Assembly: GCA_041736305.1 (NCBI GenBank)
Contig: JBGSTX010000316.1
Span: 1 to 12,239, forward strand
Reading direction: 5' to 3'
Length of the DNA: 12,239 nucleotides
DNA from: Oligoflexus sp.
Lineage (GTDB): Bacteria > Bdellovibrionota_B > Oligoflexia > Oligoflexales > Oligoflexaceae
In this document: positions 1 to 7,231 of the stretch, piece after piece
Numbering within the stretch: the stretch's first letter is position 1
Layout: each line of letters starts with the position of its first letter
Position numbers and translations under genes: made by a program
Notes under the pieces: model-generated
Database searches by the model: none
Told to the model about the DNA's origin: nothing
What the model saw: only the letters and a program-made list of their open reading frames with translations

Positions 1-1
1 A

Positions 2-682
2 TGGAAGACGCCCTCCTATCTCGGTTGGACTCAGCATAGGGACGGCAGTCTTTCGCTGGGCTTTCATACTCTTTCCGGACGCATTGTCGACAGCGATAAG
101 CGCCCACTCAAGTCGGCCCTGCGCGAGCTGATAGAGCAATACCGTCTCGATCTGCAGATAACACCAGAGCAGGATCTGATACTATACGGAGTCCCACCCA
201 GCGAGCAGCGCAAGATCGAAGCTTTCCTCGATGCGCGCGGCCTCAGTCCAGCAAGTCCACAAAAGCTCTACGATCGAGCGCTCACCTGCGTGGCGCTGCC
301 GACGTGTAGCAAAGCTTTGGCCGAAGCTGAACGGGCGGGCCCCGAAATTTTTGGCTGGCTGCAGGAAAGCCTCGATCGTCACGCGCTCAATGAGAGGGCA
401 CCTATCGTTCGCATCACGGGTTGCCCCAACGGTTGCGCGCGCCCTTATACCGCAGAAATCGGCCTGGTCGGCCAAATGCCTGGTCAGTATGCGGTCTATC
501 TCGGGGGGGATGTCGAAGGTTTGCGTCTTGCTAAAAAGATTAAAGACAAGGTTAAAATCGCTGAGCTGCCTGCCCTCTTCGATCGTCTGAGTGCCATCTG
601 GTCTGAGCACAGCTCCAGTGAAGAACGGCTCGGCGATTTCACCTGGCGCTACGGGCACGACGCTTTAGGAGCTGCCCTATGA
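2..682 (+). CDS. cysI: Sulfite reductase hemoprotein (CysI/Sir family), C-terminal part; gene starts before the window
   Basis: The frame is open from position 2 (WKTPSYLGWTQHRDG...SGRIVD...QITPEQDLIL...) and contains the siroheme/4Fe-4S ligand motifs CVALPTC and ITGCPNGCARPY followed by AEIGLVG. Its TGA stop (680-682) overlaps the cysH ATG (ATGA). The 290 start in the ORF track is internal. Confidence 0.93.
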   Translation, partial: WKTPSYLGWTQHRDGSLSLGFHTLSGRIVDSDKRPLKSALRELIEQYRLDLQITPEQDLILYGVPPSEQRKIEAFLDARGLSPASPQKLYDRALTCVALPTCSKALAEAERAGPEIFGWLQESLDRHALNERAPIVRITGCPNGCARPYTAEIGLVGQMPGQYAVYLGGDVEGLRLAKKIKDKVKIAELPALFDRLSAIWSEHSSSEERLGDFTWRYGHDALGAAL

Positions 683-1428
683 CAGCTTTCGCGCAGCGCA
701 CGGCCGCTGATCTAAATGAAGCCTACGGAGATCTGCCTCCCGGCGAACTTCTGAAACTGCTCTTCACTTGGTACCCAGCGAGTCAAACGAGTTTTGCCAA
801 CAGCTTTGGTCTTGAAGACATCGTCATCCAGCATCTGCTGCTCAGTTTTCCTGAGCAAGCTGAGAGTTTTGTGCTCGACACGGGTCGACTGCCCGAAGAA
901 ACTTACGAACTCATCGAGCGTTGGCGCCTCCGCTTCGGGCTGAGACCGCGGATCTTCAGCCCGCGAGCTGATCTGCTCGATGAATTCCTAAGTGAAAATG
1001 GTCCAAACGCCTTCTATCAATCGCAGATCTTGCGCAAAAGCTGTTGCGGCATTCGCAAGCTCGAGCCCCTCACCCGCGCTCTAGCTGGAAAAACCGCTTG
1101 GATCAGTGGGCTGCGCCGCGAGCAGTCGAGCGCCCGCGCTTCGCTCGAAGTCTTCGCCTATGACGAAGACCAGCGTCTCAAACTCAGCCCGCTCGCCAAT
1201 TGGAATTTGGACCAAGTATGGACCTACGTGAGGGAGCACAATCTCCCTTACAATCGCCTCCACGATCAGGGCTATCCGAGCATCGGTTGCGCGCCCTGTA
1301 CGCGCGCCGTCAGCGCAGGCGAAGATCTGCGCTCCGGTCGCTGGTGGTGGGAGACAGATTTGCAACGTGAGTGCGGACTTCACACCCCGCGCAGTGAAAG
1401 GACTGAGCATGCCACGCCACAGCGCTAA
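679..1428 (+). CDS. cysH: Adenosine 5'-phosphosulfate (APS) reductase, CysH family, 4Fe-4S type
   Basis: Motifs [50 protein letters not shown]. The CC plus CxxC set marks cluster-containing APS reductases rather than PAPS reductases. Confidence 0.95.
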   Translation: MTAFAQRTAADLNEAYGDLPPGELLKLLFTWYPASQTSFANSFGLEDIVIQHLLLSFPEQAESFVLDTGRLPEETYELIERWRLRFGLRPRIFSPRADLLDEFLSENGPNAFYQSQILRKSCCGIRKLEPLTRALAGKTAWISGLRREQSSARASLEVFAYDEDQRLKLSPLANWNLDQVWTYVREHNLPYNRLHDQGYPSIGCAPCTRAVSAGEDLRSGRWWWETDLQRECGLHTPRSERTEHATPQR

Positions 1429-2305
1429 TGACTCTTATCTTGATCAGCTCGAAGCTGAAAGCATCGATATCTTACGCGAAGTCGCAGCGAGCTATCAGCG
1501 GCCGGCCTTACTCTATTCCGTGGGCAAGGATTCGTCCGTGCTCTTGCATTTAGCGCAGAAAGCCTTTGTTCCAGGGAAACTCCCTTTCCCACTCGTCCAC
1601 ATCGACACGGGCTACAAATTCGGCGAGATGTACAGCTTCCGCGATCATACTGTGAAAGAACTGGGTCTCGAACTCATCGTCCATCGGAATGAGGATGCGA
1701 TAGCCCAAGGAACCCATCCGCAGAAACGCGGTACCAGCGCTTGCTGCGCTCTGCTTAAAACTGAGGCGCTGCTCGACGTTCTTCGTCGCTATGAAATCGA
1801 TGCGGCCATCGGTGGAGCCCGGCGGGATGAAGAACGCTCGCGGGCCAAAGAGAGGATATTCTCCTTCCGCGATCGACATGGTCAGTGGGATCCCAAGAAT
1901 CAGCGGCCCGAGCTCTGGCAGCTCTATAATACGCGAGTGCATCCAGGAGAAAATATGCGGGTTTTCCCGCTTAGTAACTGGACTGAGAGCGATATCTGGC
2001 ATTATATCCGCCGAGAAGAAATCCCCATCGTTCCTTTGTATTTTGCCGAAGAACGTTGGGTTATCGATAAGGGTAGCCTCTTGATTCCAAGCGATGCGCA
2101 AGATCCTCGCGCCACGCGGGTCCTGAGCCGATTCCGTACCCTTGGCTGCAGTCCTTGTACAGGAGCGATCCGTTCGCAGGCACAAAATCTCGATGAGATC
2201 ATCGAAGAACTCTTTGCAGTCAGGGTTTCCGAGCGAGCGACTCGGGTGATCGATCATGATCAAGATGCTTCTATGGAACTCAAGAAACGGGAGGGTTACT
2301 TCTGA
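1409..2305 (+). CDS. cysD: Sulfate adenylyltransferase subunit 2
   Basis: [17 protein letters not shown]-loop [50 protein letters not shown]-terminal [11 protein letters not shown]. Start placed at ATG 1409, after GAAAGGA (1396-1402). Confidence 0.96.
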   Translation: MPRHSANDSYLDQLEAESIDILREVAASYQRPALLYSVGKDSSVLLHLAQKAFVPGKLPFPLVHIDTGYKFGEMYSFRDHTVKELGLELIVHRNEDAIAQGTHPQKRGTSACCALLKTEALLDVLRRYEIDAAIGGARRDEERSRAKERIFSFRDRHGQWDPKNQRPELWQLYNTRVHPGENMRVFPLSNWTESDIWHYIRREEIPIVPLYFAEERWVIDKGSLLIPSDAQDPRATRVLSRFRTLGCSPCTGAIRSQAQNLDEIIEELFAVRVSERATRVIDHDQDASMELKKREGYF

Positions 2306-3843
2306 TGCTCTACAATCGCGAACCCAAGGCTGTTCTACGCATCACAACGGCTGGCAGCGTCGACGACGGCAAATCTACTTTGATTGGACGGCTGCTCTAC
2401 GAATCTTCGGCTATTTATGAAGACCAGCTGGCGTCCTTGCAAGAGAAGAAATCCCGCTCAGGAACTAGAGATGGCAGTAGCACGATCGACCTTGCGCTCG
2501 TGACCGATGGCCTCAAGTCGGAGCGCGAGCAGGGCATTACGATCGATGTTGCGTACAAGTATTTTGCTAGCAGCGAGCGGAAGTTCATTCTCGCCGATGC
2601 ACCAGGACATGTTCAATATACCCGAAATATGGTGACCGCCGCCTCGCGGGCCGATGTAGCGATAATTCTCGTCGATGCGGCGCAGGGAGTTCTCGAGCAG
2701 ACCCGCCGTCATGCTTATCTCTTGCATCTGCTCGGCGTGCCCCAAATAGTTTTAGCCATCAATAAGATCGACTCCATAGGCTACGACGAGGTGCGTATAG
2801 CAGCGATCGAAGCTGACTTTCTCAGCCTCAGCTGGCAGCGGGATTCACGCGCTGCCCTTTCGGTTATTCCCATGAGTGCACTGCTCGGTTGTAACGTCCT
2901 AAAACGAAGCCCAAATACTCCATGGTATCGAGGGCCGAGCCTTCTCGAGCTGCTCAACACTCTCAATCCGCGTCGGCTTAGCAGCTCGGCCTTCCAGCTG
3001 CCCCTACAGTATGTAGGGCGCGACGCACATGGTCGGCGCTTTGCGGCGGGAACTCTGCAAAAAGGGACGATTCATCGAGGCGATCGCGTGCGGCTGCTGC
3101 CCTCACAACGCGAGAGTGAAATCGCCGCACTATGGGTGCATGGGGTGGCGACCGATCGCGCGGATGCTGCTAGCGCGGTGGCCATTGAACTGAGTGACGA
3201 ACTCGATCTCGAACGAGGCAACATTCTCGTGCCTAGGGAGTTAAAGCTGCAGCCGACCCGGCGCTTCAGCGCTCAGCTTGTGTGGTTCGACAATGAGCCT
3301 TGGCGAGCGCAGGAGCGGTATATTCTGAAGATGGGGACCCAAAGCAGTCGCGCCCAAATCGTTGAGATTGAATACCGTTACGATTTAGAGAAGCTGGAGG
3401 AATTGCCAGCTTCCGTGCTGCAGATGAACGATATCGCCAAAGTCCAAGTGCAGAGCGCCCGCCCTCTATTCGCAGAGTCTTATGCCGAAGATCGCGAGGC
3501 GGGCGCTTTTATTCTCATCGACCCCCAAACAAACCGTACCGTAGCGGCTGGGATGACCGAAGATCGGCTCGACGCTGCGGCAAGTCTTGCAGACTCACCT
3601 CTGAGTCGCCTCCAGCTGGTCGATTCACTGGACCGCTCCAAAGCCCTCTTATCCGGCCAACTGCTGCAGATTCCTCAGAGCTTTCTGGAGATCAACACCG
3701 ATACCGCACAGCTACATGCTTTAGGACTACTCTTGGAACTAGGCTGGTCCCTGCAAGTGGAGCATAGTCAGGAAGCCCGGAAACTCCAGCAGGGCCTGGC
3801 GGGCCTTGGCTATGGCTCCTTCGATCAAGGCTCCGGCATCTAA
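2305..3843 (+). CDS. cysN: Sulfate adenylyltransferase subunit 1 (GTPase) with an atypical ~95-aa C-terminal extension
   Basis: TAGSVDDGKSTLIGRLL, EREQGITIDVAY, DAPGH, YTRNMVT, NKID, GAFILID...TVAAGM. TGATG coupling to cysD. No APS-kinase P-loop in the extension. Confidence 0.95.
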   Translation: MLYNREPKAVLRITTAGSVDDGKSTLIGRLLYESSAIYEDQLASLQEKKSRSGTRDGSSTIDLALVTDGLKSEREQGITIDVAYKYFASSERKFILADAPGHVQYTRNMVTAASRADVAIILVDAAQGVLEQTRRHAYLLHLLGVPQIVLAINKIDSIGYDEVRIAAIEADFLSLSWQRDSRAALSVIPMSALLGCNVLKRSPNTPWYRGPSLLELLNTLNPRRLSSSAFQLPLQYVGRDAHGRRFAAGTLQKGTIHRGDRVRLLPSQRESEIAALWVHGVATDRADAASAVAIELSDELDLERGNILVPRELKLQPTRRFSAQLVWFDNEPWRAQERYILKMGTQSSRAQIVEIEYRYDLEKLEELPASVLQMNDIAKVQVQSARPLFAESYAEDREAGAFILIDPQTNRTVAAGMTEDRLDAAASLADSPLSRLQLVDSLDRSKALLSGQLLQIPQSFLEINTDTAQLHALGLLLELGWSLQVEHSQEARKLQQGLAGLGYGSFDQGSGI

Positions 3844-3868
3844 ACCATGCCTATAAAGATCTGATCTC

Positions 3869-3903
3869 TTGAATTGATAGAATCATTTTCTTAGGGTTAA
3901 TAT
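3869..3903 (+). promoter_or_regulatory. Possible internal sigma-70 promoter for cysE-cysK
   Basis: AT-rich 89-bp gap containing TTGAAT-N17-TAGGGT (3869-3897) and TTGATA-N18-TAATAT (3874-3903). Confidence 0.35.
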
Positions 3904-3932
3904 GAGAGCTTTGCGTCTTGAGGGGAGAAATC

Positions 3933-4751
3933 ATGAGCGGGACTCTGGAAACCTTTCTCCAGCAGCGTACTCTCGAACACGAGTTGCTCTGCAGCTATCA
4001 CGAAACTATTCAGGCTCTCATCCGTTTGAGCAGCAGTGGACTCCTCTTTGAGCGGGAGCCCCAGGCTTTTTTTAAAGTACAGATCGAACCTTTGCTCGAA
4101 AAACTGCTCGGCTGTCTCAGACGCACCTACACTGAAAACCATGCGGGTCTTAGGCGAGTTTCGGTGCAGGACCTCAGCCAGGACCTGCAGAAGATCGCCC
4201 CGCTGCTGCGCAGTGACATCGAAGCTGCGCTCAAGAATGATCCGGCTACCGAAGACCCACTCGAAATCCTCTTTTGCTATCCAGGCTTCAAAGCGATTAC
4301 AGCCTATCGGATCGCGCACGTCTTCTACCTCCGCTCGCTGCCGCTCATTCCGCGCATGATTGCTGAATTAGCCCACGAGCAGACGGGAATCGATATCCAC
4401 CCCGGAGCTGAGATCGGTTCGCACTTTTTTATCGATCACGGCACGGGAGTGGTGATCGGTGAGACGGCCATCATAGGTCAGGCGGTGACGCTCTATCAGG
4501 GAGTCACTTTGGGTGCAAAGAGCTTTGCACGAGACGCTGAGGGGACGGTGATCAAGGGCCAGCCGCGACATCCGATTCTAGAAGACCGGGTCACGGTCTA
4601 TGCGGGCGCGACAATTCTCGGTCGCATAACGATTGGAGCTGCGAGTATGATAGGCGGCAACGTGTGGCTGACCGAGAGCGTTCCTCCCAAGAGTCGCATC
4701 ACGCAGCAGCATTACCTAGCCCATTTTTTCCGTGATGGAGATGGAATTTAA
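3933..4751 (+). CDS. cysE: Serine O-acetyltransferase (CysE/EpsC-type)
   Basis: DPA...[53 protein letters not shown], hexapeptide repeats, C-terminal GDGI. ATG 3933 follows GAGGGGAG. Confidence 0.95.
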   Translation: MSGTLETFLQQRTLEHELLCSYHETIQALIRLSSSGLLFEREPQAFFKVQIEPLLEKLLGCLRRTYTENHAGLRRVSVQDLSQDLQKIAPLLRSDIEAALKNDPATEDPLEILFCYPGFKAITAYRIAHVFYLRSLPLIPRMIAELAHEQTGIDIHPGAEIGSHFFIDHGTGVVIGETAIIGQAVTLYQGVTLGAKSFARDAEGTVIKGQPRHPILEDRVTVYAGATILGRITIGAASMIGGNVWLTESVPPKSRITQQHYLAHFFRDGDGI

Positions 4752-4768
4752 AGATATCAGGAGCAAAC

Positions 4769-5713
4769 ATGCAAAGACGTCAGCGCCCTAAAATTGCTAA
4801 AAACATTCTGGAAACCATCGGCAATACGCCCTTGGTCCGCCTCAACAAACTCACGAAGGGTCTCAGCGCCGACATCCTACTCAAGCTGGAGTTCTTCAAT
4901 CCCCTTTCCAGCGTCAAAGATCGCATAGGCGCCGCTATGATAGAGGCTGCTGAAGAAAGCGGAGCACTCAAAGCCGGTATGACGATCGTCGAACCGACCA
5001 GCGGTAATACCGGAATCGCACTAGCTTTCGTTGCCGCGCAGAAAGACTATCGCCTTATTCTGACAATGCCCGAGACAATGAGCCTTGAACGACGGAAAAT
5101 GCTCAAGGCCCTAGGCGCAGAGCTGGTTCTTACGCCTGGCGATAAGGGAATGAAAGGAGCCATTGCTAAGGCCGAGGAGCTCGTGGGCAGCAATCCTAAT
5201 TACTTCATGCCGCAGCAGTTTAAAAACCAGGCGAACGTTCTGGCCCACAAGTCTTCAACGGCTCTCGAAATCTGGGATGACACGGATGGCGAAGTCGATA
5301 TCCTGATTTCTGGGGTTGGTACCGGTGGCACCATTACCGGCGTTTCAAGCGTTCTCAAGGAACTGAAGCCCGGCTTTAGAGCGATAGCGGTCGAGCCTCG
5401 CGATTCTCCCGTCCTTTCCGGTGGTCAAGCTGGACCGCACAAAATCCAAGGTATCGGTGCAGGCTTCGTACCCGACATTCTCGACAAGAGGCTGGTCGAC
5501 GAGATAGTTCCCGTGAGCAATGAAGAGGCAGGGATATGGGCCCGTCGCGCGGCGAAAGAAGAAGGTATACTGTGCGGAATTTCCTCAGGCGCAGCTATCG
5601 CTGCTGCTGTGCAGGTAGGAGCCCGGCCCGAAAACAAGGGTAAAACCATAGTCGTGATCATACCCAGTACCGGTGAGCGCTATCTTTCCACTTGGCTCTT
5701 TGATGATGCTTGA
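4769..5713 (+). CDS. cysK: Cysteine synthase A (O-acetylserine sulfhydrylase)
   Basis: [12 protein letters not shown] lysine in [64 protein letters not shown] at 4759-4763. Confidence 0.96.
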   Translation: MQRRQRPKIAKNILETIGNTPLVRLNKLTKGLSADILLKLEFFNPLSSVKDRIGAAMIEAAEESGALKAGMTIVEPTSGNTGIALAFVAAQKDYRLILTMPETMSLERRKMLKALGAELVLTPGDKGMKGAIAKAEELVGSNPNYFMPQQFKNQANVLAHKSSTALEIWDDTDGEVDILISGVGTGGTITGVSSVLKELKPGFRAIAVEPRDSPVLSGGQAGPHKIQGIGAGFVPDILDKRLVDEIVPVSNEEAGIWARRAAKEEGILCGISSGAAIAAAVQVGARPENKGKTIVVIIPSTGERYLSTWLFDDA

Positions 5714-5719
5714 GCGACG

Positions 5720-5751
5720 AGCCGAAGACGACGCAAGCGTGGGGCTTTTTT
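5720..5751 (+). terminator. Weak or imperfect intrinsic terminator candidate after cysK
   Basis: AGCC...ACG-CAAG-CGT...GGCT followed by a T-run (5746-5751). The stem is interrupted. Confidence 0.3.
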
Positions 5752-5771
5752 GAGTCGTGAAGAGAAATAAC

Positions 5772-5800
5772 TTGTCAAAGAACAAGGCCCTGCCTATTGT
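5772..5800 (+). promoter_or_regulatory. Sigma-70 promoter for the metB/metC-like genes
   Basis: TTGTCA (5772-5777) - 17 nt - TATTGT (5795-5800). The predicted start near 5806-5808 coincides with the 5' end of the aptamer-like motif. Confidence 0.65.
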
Positions 5801-5807
5801 GAGCAGG

Positions 5808-5851
5808 TGAAGGATTTGTGGCCGATTGCAGCTTTAATCTGCTAAAGAGCC
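5808..5851 (+). ncRNA. SAM-II-like riboswitch aptamer candidate (compact variant)
   Basis: UGAAG-GAUUUG-UGGCCG-AUUGCA-G-CUUUA-AUCU-GCUAAAG-AGCC. The SAM-II core blocks GAUUU, UUGCA and GCUAAA are in the right order. P1 is UGAAG/CUUUA; the pseudoknot pairs GGC..UUGC with GC(U)AA..GCC. It lies upstream of Met biosynthesis genes. The P1 register and L3 length deviate from the canonical motif. Confidence 0.6.
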
Positions 5852-5903
5852 CGTCCTGTCTTGCAAGCCGCTACGCAGCTTTTGGAGACAGGATGTGTAC
5901 TTG

Positions 5904-5935
5904 AAAAAAGCCACGCTCCCGCGTGGTTTTTTTTT
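5904..5935 (+). terminator. Strong intrinsic terminator/attenuator inside the metB-like leader
   Basis: AAAAAAGCCACGC-TCCC-GCGTGG-TTTTTTTTT: a GC-rich stem plus 9 T, about 100 nt before the start codon. Confidence 0.85.
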
Positions 5936-6034
5936 GCGCAAATCCCGAGTAAATCGCTGATATTCGAGCGTCTTTTGAGGCGCGTCGCGATCCCTTGTTT
6001 TTTTCCTCGAAAGTACCTTACGGAGGATTTGCTC

Positions 6035-7219
6035 ATGTCTCAGGAAGCAAGCTTGTCAACGCTAGTCGTTCACGCCGGCGAAGCGCGTGAAAAAAGTGAC
6101 TTTGCCATCGTCGACCCCATTCACTGCGCGTCGACTTTCACCTTTGCCGACACGGCCGCAATCATCTCAATGCTCGAAAACGAAGGACTTGCCGAACGCG
6201 ACGAGTACGCACGCTACAGTAGTCCTAATATCAGGACGGTCGAGAAGAAGCTGGCTCAGCTCGAGGGGACCGCTGACGCCCTCCTCTGCACAACCGGAAT
6301 GTCCGCTCTCACGCTACTCTTTTGGAGTCATCTGCGGCCGGGCGATCACTTGCTTTACTTTGATCGCTGCTATCATCGCACTAGACAGTTCTGCAGCGAT
6401 TATCTCGAACAATTCGGGGTCCGCTGCGAAGCCATCCCGACCGGCGATTTTGCGGCCTTGGAAGCAGCCACCAACGCCAAGACCAAGTTGATTTTCACCG
6501 AACTGCCGACCAACCCCCACCTGGACGTCATCGATCTCGAGCGCCTCTGCAGCTTCGCTCGCGCCAAGGGCATAAAAACCTGTATCGACACGACCCTGGC
6601 GAGTCCCATCAACGTGCGGCCGGCTGAGTGGGGAGCCGACTTTATCCTGCATTCGGCGACCAAATATCTGGGTGGACATAATGATCTTCTCGCCGGCGTC
6701 CTTGCCGCTTCCGTCGAGGATTTGGCCCCAGTCCGCAAACTACAGGGTATCAGTGGTGCAATAGCGGCTCCTCATACGGCTTATCTCTTGCAAAGAGGGC
6801 TCAAGACTCTCGCTCTCCGCATCGCTCAGCAGAACCGCTCGGGCCAACGCGTGGCTGAATTTTTGGCCCAACACCCCCGAGTGGAAAAAGTCTACTATCC
6901 CGGGCTGGAAACGCATCCGAGCTATGCGCTGGCCCGCCGCTTTCTTAGTGGCTTTGGCGGTCTCATCAGCTTTGAACTCAAGACTGATAGGAAGGGTGCG
7001 AGTCGCTTCGTCGATGCGGTGCGGATCCCTCGCATAGGTCCAAGTCTAGGCGGGGTTGAATCCCTTATCGAACAACCGGCGATCATGAGTTTTTACCGAG
7101 CTTCCGAGGCCGAGCGGCGGCGCTGGGACATCAGCGATTCCTTAGTTCGTCTCGCGTTGGGAATCGAAGACAGTGAGGATCTCATTGCGGATCTTGAGCA
7201 AGCTTTAGCCACCATTTAA
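6035..7219 (+). CDS. metB: Cystathionine gamma-synthase, plant-type (Cys/Met metabolism PLP-dependent family)
   Basis: VHAGE, EYARY, CYHRTR, ELPTNP, PLP site HSATKYLGGHND, RGLKTLALR, YYPGL, PSLGGVESLIEQPAIMS. ATG 6035 follows GGAGG (6022-6026). The 5861 start in the ORF track lies within the leader. Confidence 0.8.
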   Translation: MSQEASLSTLVVHAGEAREKSDFAIVDPIHCASTFTFADTAAIISMLENEGLAERDEYARYSSPNIRTVEKKLAQLEGTADALLCTTGMSALTLLFWSHLRPGDHLLYFDRCYHRTRQFCSDYLEQFGVRCEAIPTGDFAALEAATNAKTKLIFTELPTNPHLDVIDLERLCSFARAKGIKTCIDTTLASPINVRPAEWGADFILHSATKYLGGHNDLLAGVLAASVEDLAPVRKLQGISGAIAAPHTAYLLQRGLKTLALRIAQQNRSGQRVAEFLAQHPRVEKVYYPGLETHPSYALARRFLSGFGGLISFELKTDRKGASRFVDAVRIPRIGPSLGGVESLIEQPAIMSFYRASEAERRRWDISDSLVRLALGIEDSEDLIADLEQALATI

Positions 7220-7231
7220 GAGGAGTAGTCC

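Noticed and set aside
3857-3867. AGATC-T-GATCT palindrome upstream of cysE as an operator
   Set aside because: Too short to distinguish from chance, and I saw no second copy at the other promoters.
5807-5845. GTG-started 12-codon ORF (MKDLWPIAALIC) as a leader peptide
   Set aside because: It begins at the predicted transcription start with no usable SD and has only one terminal Cys codon; the aptamer explains the sequence better.
5795-5850. SAM-I (S-box) resemblance in GAGCAGGTGAAGGA...GGCCGAT
   Set aside because: The GCAAC and GGUGCxAA elements and the AUC/GAU P1 are missing; SAM-II core blocks fit better.
5861-6034. 58-aa N-terminal extension of the metB-like ORF from the ORF track
   Set aside because: It starts at TTG with no RBS and runs through the terminator. 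ATG 6035 has a GGAGG SD and matches the family N-terminus.
7208-7219. MetB-like protein also ends in Ile (LATI), a possible third CysK-binding tail
   Set aside because: It lacks GxGI, and the ending is the normal terminal helix of this enzyme family.
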